Source: Vicugna vicugna (taxonomy: Eukaryota). Taken from it: a stretch of DNA of 64,000 nt. Positions within the stretch are counted from its first letter, which is position 1, and each line of letters starts with the position of its first letter. Below, in pieces: positions 52,131-64,000 of this stretch. The notes beneath the pieces were generated by a model. That model ran no database searches. It was not told where the DNA came from and was given only the letters and a program-made list of their open reading frames with translations. The position numbers were made by a program, and so were the translations under genes. The DNA lies in the NCBI GenBank assembly GCA_013265495.1, contig MU057651.1:2272948-2336947 (forward strand), read 5' to 3'.

Positions 52131-53136
52131 GCTGTGTGGTCGGATTCAGTCCAACCTAACGCCGAACTTGCACGCACGGCCGTGATGCTGGGAGGGACAA
52201 CCCCCAAGTTAATTGCCGTTGGATCACAACACGGGTTGGCTCCGGTTCGCCTGGACCCGAAGACCCTACAGCAAGCTGGAAACGGGAAGGCCCCAGAAAA
52301 TGTCCTGATTTTACGCAAAGAGAACACGAACACTTTAAAAATGAGAAGACGCTAAATAAATCACTTAAATGTCCTAGTAACAATTACGTCATGCTTTATC
52401 CTAGTGCCCAGGACGCATTTCTTTTTCTTTTATCATTGTCTTATTTTGATTTGTATGATAATGTTTTGAGCCGCGTGGCTAACGCTGGTCCTCTTGTCAC
52501 ATCCCCAGAAATTGCGTGGTTGGTCCAAGACAGGACGTGCGTGGTAGAGACGACGCTCCCAGCGGAGGCTCTGATTCCTAATTCAGAGCTCGTTCCGCTG
52601 CACCGCACCCTCTTCTCGATTTACGGGCAAAACCGCCTAGAAGTGGACCTTCAGGTCGGAAGCAAAGCTGGCCCTTGGCTGCCAGTTTCCCTGAAACCTG
52701 GTGTCCTTGGAAGAGGCAGGTCTGCTTACTTGGTAACTGGGTGAGCAGAGCACGGATTTTCTTTCCTCCCTGAGGTGTGTGGTAAGTACCCAACATTCTG
52801 TGTTTGGAGCTAAGGTTTCCAACGTGGGGGAAATTCTTTCAGAACAGCTAACCCATCTGGGCCGCTGTTAACACAGCGGCATGCTGTCTGCATCATGAGC
52901 TGGTGGAGGGAGTCAAGCTGGCAGTTCTTAGAATTAATTTCCTATTTTTCAGCTAAAGGTCACCTTCCCCATTTTGTTCGTTCTATCATTGACTGTAACG
53001 CTTCCCAACTTGCTCTTCTTGAAAAACGGGGAGACGGGAGGAAAAACCCTCGTGTTGAAGTTAGGGAAGCACTGGGCAGTGTCGTGCAGGGTAAATGTGG
53101 AGTAACTGCTACACTAGCATCAAAATCAGCCTATGT

Positions 53137-53320
53137 GGGCGGGAGGGTGTAGCTCAGCGGGAGAGCATGTGCTCGGTGTGCACGAGGCCCTGGATTCCAT
53201 CCCAGCCCCTCCATTAAAATAAATAATAAAAAATAAACAAATAAATAAACCGAGTTGCCTCTGTCTCCCCTCCTCCCCCCCCAAAACAAGAAAAAAATGA
53301 AGTGTTTTAAAAAAAAAAAC
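53137..53320 (+). mobile_element. Vic-1-type camelid SINE
   Basis: GGGAGGGTGTAGCTCAGCGGGAGAGCATGTGCTCGGTGTGCACGAGGCCCTGGATTCCATCCCAG followed by an A-rich/C-rich/A-rich tail. Confidence 0.88.
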
Positions 53321-55770
53321 ACAACAGTGTATCTTTTTCGAGTTGCCACTTGTCTGAAATAATCCACCCTGTCCCCGTGAGGGGTGTGGCTGTCACGAGT
53401 GTTGCTGGTGTCCTGGGGGACCTTTCTGAACACCGTCAGCTCTCACGGAGGGTCTGGAATTCTCCATCCCATGCCAGTTGTAGTGAATGAGAGGCGGGGC
53501 AGCATACCCCAAAGCCAAAATGGGAATACTCTTTGTCCCATCTCCTCCTCATCCAAGCTTCTCCCCCGCCGGGACCCAGAATTACACTTCATTCTGCATT
53601 TGCCGTTAAAGAGAACGTCATCTTTCTCTTGTTAAACACAGTTCATCCGAAATGCCCACCCAAGAGGTTCTTCTTGTTCAAGGACGAAAGCAATACAGAC
53701 CCTTTCCAGTTGAAAGTGTTCCTCTTTCCTCTAGACCTTCAGCAGTACTTTAGGGTTTAAAGGAAGCAAGTCTGGCCCCAAAATGCAAATATAGATCTCC
53801 CACTGGCTCCACACATGACTTTGCCTTGAAGCTGAACTTTGCAAACGGTCAAAAATGGAATGGCCCTTGGGCATCATTACTCAAGTTCCCAAATTACTCT
53901 GTTAAACACCCAGTCATCATATTCACAGTCAAGACAAGGCTTCCCATAAGAGAAATTATGTAACTCTATTTTCTTTACTCTACAAAGTTGCCACTGGTTA
54001 TAAACCTAGCACGGATTTAATCCTATTTGTAAGCCTTCAAGGTGGGCCGATATTAGAGATTAACTTCCTGTCTGATGTAGAGCACCTTGTATGATTAAAA
54101 CATACAGATTTATCACATATCGATCATGAAATGCATTCCAACACCAGGAACGTGAACATATGGGAAACACACCCCTTGGTTTTGAGAAACTCAATGTTTG
54201 TTTTCACCGTTTCTTCACTTGCTTACTCGGAGTTGCCCCTTATCCCACTCCAGCCTGTGTTACGGATTAAATTGAGAAATTATGTTCCTTCCTGTTGGTG
54301 AACATTTCAAATGTAAATTAGATTTCTGAAATACAGACTAGGCGTCGCGGGAGTTGGTAAACGGAAAAGGCTGAGAATGAGTAAGGATGGTGAACAAGAG
54401 TAACCCATATGAGGAGACGATTTGGGAGGAATGCCTGTTCCATCTGCGGTGGACCATCACCTGGTCCAGCGCGAGAGCAGTCAGAGTACTTTGTTTGTGC
54501 TTAAGAGTGAGATGTCGTCTCTGGGGAAAACTTAAAAAGAGGATTAATAAAGTGACTTGGGAAAAAATCCAATTATCCTGGGATCACCTGCTTGCAAAGA
54601 GTGTGTACTGACAACTGAGAGGTCATTACGTGGACCCCAGCAGTACAGGGTCCACGACAGAAGGAAACAAAAGACCTTGCTTTGGAGGGATAAAGGAAGC
54701 AACTAAAATAAAGGGTATTGGGTTAATCCGAGCAAGGCTCTATTCAATCAATTATCTGTGTTTGTATAAATGATCCACTGGGACCAGGTGGTACTTGAGA
54801 TTGCTGGCTGAAGCTATCCAGCACTCTTTCCCACTTTAACCCCTGAGAATTTCCTCAACCTGCTTAATCAGACGCCGGAGGGTCACCAGGTCTCCGTGGT
54901 CTCACTGAGGTCCGTGTGCAGTCACTGAACCCGTTGACCTAGCGCCCCCGTCTCATGAGGTCGTCTCTGTCTCCCGTTCTCCTGGGGGCGGGTGCTCTTA
55001 GCTCAGGCTCTGGTCATTTCTTGCCAGGATGGTTCTGATCATTTCTAATATGCTTCCTTGTCTCCAAACCCTATTAGGGGCACCTCATTGCAAGTGGAGG
55101 ATTTTACAGGCCAAGCTGCTCATCAGTCCCTGCCACAGAAGCACTCCACGAAAGAAATGAGATGGTCATTAGAGGGACTTGTGTCCCTCACCATGAGAGG
55201 TCACAGAACAGAAACGTTCCGGAACCAAAGTCACCTTGACGCGAGCCATCTGCGGCAAGAGCTAAGCCTGCAATTACAGCGACCCGCCGCTAGTTGTCAG
55301 TAGTGCTGAGTCACCCCCCGGACGTGGTCCTCAAGCAGCAGCAACACGTCCCATCCGTGGTGCCAGGCGTACGGCCACAGAGCACACGAGTCAGCAACTC
55401 ACGTCTCTTTATGTTAAAAACGTTCCTCAGGACATTTTTCCTAGGTCAAAAATAATAATTCATGCTCTTTACAAGCATTTGAAAAAAAAAATCTTAAAAA
55501 TCACCTGCAAGATCACCTCCCAGAAACTGTCACTGCCTGCATTCCCTTGCTCCCCCTTCCCTTTGTACGTGTGTTTTCATAATTACGATGTGCACGTATG
55601 TGTGCAGTCATACACGTCAGTGTATTTGTACGTACGTGTCTCTCTCTAGACGCATGCACACATTTATATTACATTCTTTATTTTACCCCCATGCTTGGCA
55701 TGGTCCTGGGCACACAGTAGGTTAATAAAAAATAGTTAATAATTGAATACCTCGGTAGTTTAAAAACACG

Positions 55771-55798
55771 GAAAAGAAGAAAAGAGAGAAAGAAAGAG

Positions 55799-55872
<74 letters not shown>

Positions 55873-55930
55873 GAAGAAAGAGAGAAAGAGAGAAAGAAAG
55901 AAAGGAAGAAAGAGAAAAAAGAAAGAAAAA

Positions 55931-56002
<72 letters not shown>

Positions 56003-56058
56003 GGAAGGAAGGAAGGAGAGAAAGAGAGGGAGGGAGGGAGGGAGGAAAAGAGAGAAAG
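55771..56058. repeat. (GAAA)n/(GGAA)n/(GGAG)n polypurine repeat
   Basis: Directly visible purine-only tract of about 290 bp. Confidence 0.97.
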
Positions 56059-58853
56059 AATCTGATCCAGGGTAAACATTATTGCAGGGAAAGGCAAGGT
56101 CACGGCCCTCAGGTGATAGCAAGGTGAGGGAATGTGGCTGGAAGCCTGGGCCCTCACCTGGACTTCTCAGTCTCTCTTCCAATAACTCTGAGGATGAGAG
56201 GCTTGAGAAAGCCTCTTAGTGATTGGAGGTCAGCCTTGAGGTCAAACTTGCCAAAGTCCAGACTGGATTTCCCTGCGGACGAGGAGCTGCAGGGTCAAGG
56301 AACAGACTGGAGGCCTCTCCTTAGAGAGAAACCGCACACGGGGCAGATGCACCGCGCTGCTCCCTGGTCCCCTCCCTCCGCTCCCCGTGCACCGCCCTAA
56401 TCGGGCTGTCCACTTACCCAATGCATTTCTCTCACGTCCAGTGAGACACTTCTAGCATCTCCTCGTTTTGTCCTCACGCATTTTTTATAACATAGTTTAT
56501 ATTTTTGGCTGAAGTTGTCCCTGTCCACGGGAACTTCGACAAACATTTTCCCAGCTTTTTATTGCTAGTAGTAAAGAAAGTCCTTTGCGTCTGCCCAACT
56601 TAGCAAACTCTCCCTGGTAACGTCTGCTGTCCACGCCTCCCACTCAGCAAACTCACTTTAGACTTTTCACTTTTGGTCGACTCTGTTAGCTGGAGAGCTT
56701 TGCAAACAGCTAACGGGCATGCATCTTAGACCAAGGGCGTCCAATGACTCAAGTAGAAAAACATTCAAACTCAAATGATAACTCAGGCTTTCAACTCTTG
56801 TGTAGAGTCAAAGTAAATTTTTTGAAGTTCATTGCGTCAAAAATAAAACTGTCATTACGGTGAAGTTTACTGTGGGTCTTGTTTAAATGCTCAGTATTGA
56901 AGATCATCCTAAGGGTTTTTTCAGCAACGTTTGAAAATAATTCTAATGAATTAAATACCGACAAAACCAAAGTTCTATTGAAAGGATGAAGTTGAGGAAG
57001 CAGAAGTGTTCTTGGAACTGGTTGTGCAGCATAAGTAGATAAAACCCTAAAAACTTATTCTACCCAGTCAGAAGGGAAACTGATTGTCAAGACTTCTATT
57101 TGCATTTAAAATGTCCATTATTTGTAAATAAACTGCAAAGCTTGTGTGACAACATTGATTTGAATACAAACCAACCAACCAACCTTGTGCACCACAATGC
57201 TTTTCTCTTTGCTGCTCACCATCATCCTGATTTTGGAAATAAGGATTAAGAATGGCTGTCACTCAAAATATGGGTCCAACAGTAGTGTCAGCCAGCTTGC
57301 AAACAAGTACATTTGGGGTCTCTTTTGCTCAAAATCAGTTGGAGATCTGTAATCAGCGTATTCAAAAACCAAACATCTTTAAGGCTAAACGTCTTGAGCG
57401 TTTCTAGATCTTAACAAAAACTATGATTGAAAATGAAACTGAAGCAACCCGACAACGTATCCAGTCACTGTGTCCGGCTCCAGGCTGAAAGCAGAGAAAG
57501 AAATGGAGAAATTAAATGTTGAGGACGCAAGTGATATACGTAGATTCCATGGTGAGCGTCTGTAAATTGCATTGCGGGTTATCTACACGTGGAGAAACAA
57601 TGTTTCAATAGAGCTTTTATTTTTGCATTTTGGATAAATTCCTCTCCTGTACCAGAAAAGAAAGTCTCAATTTGGCGTCTCAAAACATTCCAGAAAATCA
57701 CCCAAAAAAGAGACAATTTATGTCATGAGCTTTGTCTTACAAATTTTTGTCGAAGGAAGGTCCTAATGAATAAAGGCAAAACGATGGTGCCTGTGAAGAT
57801 ATTTAAATACAAAGCAACGTATGTATTTAATAAGAATTTAACAGAATATTCTCCATTTAGCAGAATTTAAACCATCAGATGTCTCAGCACCTAGGGAGGG
57901 ATTTTTCTCAATTGAAAGTAATTTCGAAGGAGAAAAATCAGTTTAAAATATATTCACCATAAAATGCATCTATGAGAAATATTTTATACAATTTTATTTT
58001 TAAAAAGCCAGTAAGGAAATACATTTTTTCTTAAACTCTTTTGCTGGAAAGACTTACCAGAGCCTGAGAGGCACATTTTAGAATGTTCGGAAGCAAACTA
58101 AACAAGCGCCAACCGCCCGGACATTAGTGAAATGTCAAAGATGACTTTGTGGCCTACACCGTGTCTGACCATCATTTGATCTGGTTAGCTTACGAATTTG
58201 ATTTGGGGGTCACATCTCCCAGACTGTGAAGAAGTAGTTGTTCCAGATTATTTAAAAAAAAAAAATGACCCCATTCATTTTGTGAGGTTAGGATACTCCT
58301 GGTTCTCAAACCAAATAAAGTCCATGCAAACAAGCAAAGAAAAATCTCAGTAACTTGGAGAAATCTTGGACAAGAAGACTCTGAGTGGAGGGAGCCACCA
58401 GCGTGCCCAGGGGCTTTCGTCCAACCTGAAGTCAGAATGTTGCCTGTTCCCCAAGAGTCCACAGGAACTCACCATCCCTTTAAAACAAGAAAGGCTACCA
58501 GCACATATACTGAAAAAAAAGACAGTCATATGTCGTTTACAAGGGCCCTACCTACAACGTAAGGACGGCAAAAAGAAAAGAAGAGGAGGAGAAATGGAGG
58601 ACCTGGTTTTTAAAATCCTAGCAGAATTCAAATCAGAGCAAAGAAAATTGCTCTAGCTGTATTAATAATAGGCAAAAACAGAGATCAAGTTTATAAAAAG
58701 AATTAGCAAGAATAAAGACAGTCAATTCACCTGGAAGATACAACAGCCAAGCTTACAGGCATCAAATCCCGGGAACGCGAATATCCAAAGTTAAACCTGA
58801 TGGAACCCAAGGAGGAAGCGGCAAACCGATCATCACAGTAGTGGCAGATTTCT

Positions 58854-59219
58854 TTTTTAGTTTTATAATAGACTTTATTTTTTTAGAGCAGTTTCAGGTT
58901 CACAGCAGAATTGAGCAGAAAATACAGAATTTGCACATAGCCCCACCCACACATATATCCTCCCCAACCCTCAACATCTCTCATCAGTGTGGCATCTTTG
59001 GTGCCATCGATGAACCAACGTGGGCACATTATTATCAACCAAAGTCCACAGTTTACATGAGGGCTCCCTCTTGATGTTGTGCGTTCTGTGGGCTTTGACA
59101 AGTGCATGATGACAGGGAGCCACCACTACGGTGTCATACGGAGTAATTTCATTGCCCTAAAAGTCCCCTGTGCTCCATCTATTCATCTCCCTTCCACCCT
59201 CTCCCCAAACCCCTGGAAA
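58854..59219 (-). mobile_element. L1MC-like 3' end inserted antisense in the ancient L1
   Basis: TTTTTTAGAGCAGTTTCAGGTTCACAGCAGAATTGAGCAGAA...CATTATTATCAACCAAAGTCCACAGTTTACAT. Degenerate TSD TAGTGGCAGATTTCT 58839-58853 / TAGTGGTATATTTCT 59220-59234. Confidence 0.85.
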
Positions 59220-59586
59220 TAGTGGTATATTTCTAACACGACTTAATTATTGCTAGCTCAGGGCAACGTATTTATAGAAATTGAGAAGATCTTGGTAACA
59301 CAGTTAACAACCCAACCTAAGCAGGTGAAACATTGTGTCCAACTATTAGAGAATACATATTCTCTCCGGCCACACAGGAACACATTACAAAAAATGCCCC
59401 AATACTAGTGGGAGAAACCAAGGCCTACTAAATGCTGACATCAATGCAATTCATAACTAAGTAAACTAAACTGTGTATGGCTTGTCACACTTCAGTCACA
59501 ATTCCAAGACATACTCCTCTGTTGAAGAATCAATGTTAGCATTATTAAAAATTTTAACTGAACACTATTAAAAAGGATATGTATCA

Positions 59587-60066
59587 GATGACTGGATAAA
59601 GAAGATGGGGTATATTTATACAGTGGAATACTACTCAGCCATAAAAATGACAAGACAACATATTTTGCAGCAACATGGATGCTCCTGGAGAATGTCATTC
59701 TAAGTGAAGTAAGCCAGAAAGAGAAAGAAAAATACCATATGAGATCGCTCAGATGTGGAATCTAAAAAACAAAACAAAACATAAGTACAAGACAGAAACA
59801 GACTCATAGACATAGAATCAAATTTGTGGTTGCCAAGGGGGCAAGGTGGTGGGAAGGGATAGACTAAGATTTCAAAATTGTAGAATAGATACACAAGATT
59901 ATACTGTGTAGCACAGGGAAATATATACAGGATCTTGTGGTAGCTCACAGAGAAAAAAATGTGACAATGAATATATATACGTTCATGTATAACTGAAAAA
60001 CTGTGGTCTACACTGGAACTTGACACAACATTGTAAAATGATTATAAATCAATAAAAATGTTTTTA
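59587..60066 (+). mobile_element. young L1 3' end
   Basis: Sense 3'UTR ending CAATAAAAATG. 17-bp TSD AAAAA(G/T)GATATGTATCA at 59570-59586 and 60067-60083, preceded by TT. Confidence 0.92.
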
Positions 60067-60084
60067 AAAAATGATATGTATCAA

Positions 60085-60847
60085 AGCGCACGAGCACCTC
60101 AGACCCATGAGAATGGTGGCCATGAAAACAAAATGCAACAAGACAGACAGAGAGTCACAAGTGTTGGCGACGGTTGGAGAAGCAGGAACATTCGTGCGCT
60201 GCTGGTGGGAATGTAAAATGGTGCGGCCGCTGTGGAAAACAGTGCAGCAGTTCCTCAAAAAAAAAAAAGGGAATAAAAAAAAAAGAATTGCCATATGACC
60301 TAGCAAATCTACTTCCATACTCAAAGAACTGAAACAGGATCTCAAGGAGATATTTATAAACCCATGTCATATTAGCACTATGCACCGTGGCTGAATGTGG
60401 CAGCATCCAAGCGTCCATCCGTGGATGAGTGGATAAGCTAAACGTGGTCGGGGCACACATGATGGGATCTTATTCAGCCTTAAAAAGGAGGACATTCTGG
60501 TACATGCTAAGACGTGGATAAACCTTGAGGATATGATGCCAAGGGAACGAGCCAGCGACGGAAACACAAATACATTATGATTCCACTCAGAGGCGGTATT
60601 TAGAGCAGCCAGACTCACAGAGGCAGAAAGCAGAGTGGTGGTTTCCAGGGACTGGGTCGGGGGAGGAGGCATGAAGAGTCATTGCGTAATGGAGACAGAG
60701 TTTCAGTTTTGCAAGACGCAGAGAGTTCTGGAGATGGACGGTGGCGACGGCGGCACAAGGTGTGTTTACTTAATGCCACTGAAGCGTACCCTTAAAAGCA
60801 GTGAAGGTTGCAACTTTTAGGTCCTGTGCATTTGACCACAATAAAAG
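60085..60847 (+). mobile_element. L1MB-like ORF2 C-terminus and 3' end
   Basis: Encodes ...GTFVRCWWECKMVRPLWKTV...; ends GCATTTGACCACAATAAAA. Confidence 0.88.
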
Positions 60848-63382
60848 GAATGTGCACCTAAAATGATTCGTAATAGGAAATTTACAGACTTAAAAGCCAA
60901 AAAAAAAAAAAAGGGAATTCACCATCTTAGTTAGGGAAAAGGAAAGTAGAATAAATCCAAAGCAAGAAGACAGAAAAAAATAAAATAAAATAAAATAATT
61001 TGATGACATACAAACTAACATAGCAGACAAGAACCGTGAAACATTAGGTAGATTCTTTGAAGTCTTGTGAATTGAAGAAATCGTTAGCGAAAATTTTTCA
61101 GATTGAGAAGAGAGAACGCGCAGAAGTAGCTTTTGAGAAAGAACAGGAATTCTGCTACACATGCTGCAAATATCAAAACCACGGGACTGCGAGGCGCAAT
61201 TGGATTCCCATTTCACATGTAATCCAAAATAGAGTGCACATGTTTCTAGACAAAGTAACGTAACAAAATAACTCAAGAAGATCTAAAAAAAAAATATTTA
61301 AACAGGCCCACAATTCATTCGATGAATCGGTAGCTTAAAACATTTTTTTGAAAGAATGTATCATACTTGGTAACTGTACAAGTGAATTCTAGCTGACATT
61401 GAAACAGCAAATAATGCTAATCTTCCACAAGCTCTTGTGGAGCAGAGAAAAAAGAATTCTGCCCCAGCTCAGTTAATAAAGCTAAATTTCCCCAAATACC
61501 AAAAGGAGACAGAAACAGAAAGGGAAAAGGAAAAACGTCACTCATCTGTACATATTCGGTAATTCTAAAAAGAGTGAATCATAGAAAGAGAGAGAACCAA
61601 ATCTAATGGTATAAAATGATGTTATTGACAGCTGCATAGGTTTAATCCTAGAAATATATCTTTTGGCACAAAAAGGCTCCAGGGTAGAAAAAAAGCCATT
61701 GGTAGATAATGTGAAAAGAAAAAAGAGAAACAAAATTTAACATCATGAAAATATTGTGTAGACTAGAAGGAAATTAAGAAAACAAACTGATAAGAGGTGG
61801 TATTTAAAGGCTACCTTTTCGTTCTGAAATTCATTCGGTATCTAATATCCTCATGACCAAAATAAACCAACCAAGAACATCACAAAATCACCGAAAGGCA
61901 CAAACCAGCGGCTTTAGGGAGAGACACATATTTTGGAATCCTAGAAAAGTTTTTTCCCTTCATCTAATTGCTAAAAAAAAATTGATTACAGGAGTAGCCA
62001 GTACGTGTGAAACGCTTTATTGTGATCTGCACGTCGCAAACAAGTTTATAAAATGTTGTTATGAGTGGTACGGAAACACAGACGTCAGGGGGTTTCCGTG
62101 GCTTTGTTTTGCTTTATTTTGTTTTCCATCTTTTTTTTCTTTTTTACATTCTCTGTGCAGCAATGGGTTCATGAAGAGGAGAGAGAGGTCCGTTAACAGA
62201 GGTAACCAAGACTTTGTCGTCCTGCTTGACAAACTTCGATGGACCCTTCTGAGCGCCGACATCCAATGGCCTCTTGGCCAATTCGCCTTTGCTGCTCTGG
62301 CTTATAATTTCTCAACTGGTCAAAGAGGAAAAGTGGTAAATTGGCCCCTAAGCCCGGCCAGTCCCGGGATTCTAGAAGCCGAGGAGACGCCACGGCTGAG
62401 TGGTAAGGTGACCTGTTTCCACGGTCACCTCCTGAACTTGACAATCACAGAAGGCATCCATCCCGCCCTTTGTCTTGAGCATCAGTCTATAAACGCTCTT
62501 GCTCGGGAGCCAATCTGAGCCGAGGACCAGTGGGGCAGGTTCCCGGGCTCTGGGTTCAGACAGCATAGTAGCAAGGGTTTGTTCTCTGTCTAGTGCCTGT
62601 AGAGTCGAGATAAGATCATTCCTGTAGGCTTCGTGGCAGGGATCAAGCCCACGATGTGTCTAGGATACCCAGCTAGTTCTTGGAATGGAGAAGCCCTCAG
62701 TGTGTTCCTGCCCAGCCCATCTCCACTGCTGCCCTGATGAGCACGGCATACGGGGCGTCCGGAGAGCGGGTCGTGGAGTGTCCCCTCACCCCACCGCCGG
62801 CCGCTCTGCAATTGGTCCTCACCCCGTCCCCTCCCTTGTCCTCTGGGCCCTCCAGCTGGCTGAGCATCATTGTCCAATCTCATCTCTGCTCCCCGGAATG
62901 CCATGACACACCTGTCACCCTGGCCCCTGCTGGTATGGTCCCAAGACCTCCCACAAACATCCTGGGCACAGCCAGACACCAAACATACCCTTTCCCCAGC
63001 TCTGCCCTTCACAACGCCCCGACCACCAGCTCTCTGCTTCACTTCTGCCTGCCTGCTGACAGCTTGCCTGAGGCAACATGACGGCCCTGCACATCTGTGT
63101 GACAGAACTTTGCCTCTCTGAGCGATTCGGGAATGAACATGGTTCAGGCTGATTAAAACATGAAAAATCCGAGATTTTTGTCTTTGTATCCGATCATCGA
63201 GGCTTCCACGTCCTTCCTTGGCCTGTGGTCCCCATTCCACCTCAACTCAGCTTCCAGGCGACCATCCCCAGCTGCTCCTGCAGGGTTCTACCTGCATCTT
63301 CCACAGAACACCTAGCCTGGAGCACGGCTCCCTGAGTTCCGACCTGGCAGCCTCCAGCCTGCTTTATCAGTAGTTGCCTTGT

Positions 63383-64000
63383 AATGGGCAGAAGACCCAA
63401 ACAGATGTTTCTCCAGTGAAGACATCCAGATGGCCAACAGGCACATGAAAAGATGCTCAACATTGCTAATTATTAGAGAGATGCCAATCAAAACTACAAT
63501 GAGGTATCACCTCACACCAGTCAGAGTGGTCATCACTAAAAATCCTACAAGTGATAAATGCTGGAGAGGGTGTGGAGGAAAGGGAACCCTCCTACACTGC
63601 TGGTGGGAATGTAAATTGGTGCAGCCACTGTGGGGAACAGCCTGGAGGTTCCTTAAAAAACTGATGATCCAGCAACCCCGCTCCTGGGCATATATCTAGA
63701 GAAAACGTCAATTCAAAAAAGTCTATGCACCCCAATGTTCACAGCAGCACTATATACAACAGCCAAGACATGGAAACAACCATCAACAGTTGACTGGGTA
63801 AAGAAGATGTAGTATATTTATACAGTGGACTACTATACAGCCATAAAAAAGAATGAAACCATGTCTTTTGCAGCAACGTGGATGGACCTGGAGGTCATCA
63901 TAGTAAGTGAAGTCAGTCAGACAGAGAAAGACAAATATTATGTGATATCACTTATATGTGGAATCTTAAAAAATGATACAAATGAACTTATCTACAAAAC
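63383..64000 (+). mobile_element. young L1 ORF2 C-terminus and 3'UTR (runs off window)
   Basis: [32 protein letters not shown]...[26 protein letters not shown], the L1 ORF2 cysteine-rich C-terminal region. Confidence 0.95.

Larger units (their letters stand above)
58465..61720 (+). mobile_element. ancient L1 ORF2 (endonuclease to start of RT), split by three later insertions
   Basis: TIPLKQERLPAHILKKKTVICRLQ resembles the ORF2 N-terminus SPIKRHRLANWIKSQDPSVCCIQ. Later segments resemble SIHQEDIT, IVGDFNT, EYTFFSSAHGT, GKFIALNA and EFYQTFKEELIPILHKL. Confidence 0.75.

Noticed and set aside
55678..56182. SFFL-repeat hydrophobic ORFs
   Set aside because: Translation of the (GAAA)n repeat, not a membrane protein.
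57579..57646. Minus-strand acceptor followed by EEFIQNAKIKALLKHCFSTCR-stop (possible last coding exon)
   Set aside because: Peptide not recognised and no supporting upstream exons seen; a BLASTP search would be needed to revive it.
61853..62518. 221-aa ATG-initiated ORF
   Set aside because: Runs through a T-rich low-complexity tract and has no recognisable domain; treated as chance.
63430..63699. 89-aa cysteine-rich ORF
   Set aside because: 5'-truncated L1 ORF2 C-terminus; not a host gene.

Overview
Mammalian genomic DNA, very probably from a camelid (alpaca, llama or camel). The evidence is six copies of a short tRNA-derived SINE matching the camelid Vic-1 type, plus lineage-young L1 3' ends. 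I recognise no protein-coding gene, RNA gene or prokaryote-type system. The long ORFs in the track are explained by simple repeats, L1 ORF2 remnants or high GC content. The window reads as a GC- and CpG-rich intergenic or large-intron segment containing: (i) layered interspersed repeats (Vic-1, young and old L1, L2, MIR, MaLR/ERVL LTRs, one Tigger end), including two 5'-inverted L1 insertions and one multiply nested L1; (ii) four long simple repeats and a 34-N assembly gap; (iii) several repeat-free, AT-richer islands dense in homeodomain, SOX, MEIS/PBX or AP-1 motifs that look like conserved developmental enhancers; (iv) an orphan CpG island (~40.5-41.2 kb) and a candidate NF-kB/TATA promoter (~51.7-52.1 kb). 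Repeat boundaries and family names are by-eye estimates. Regulatory calls are motif-based hypotheses. I found no convincing novel biological system; the best leads are the putative regulatory landscape and a possible unannotated transcript.
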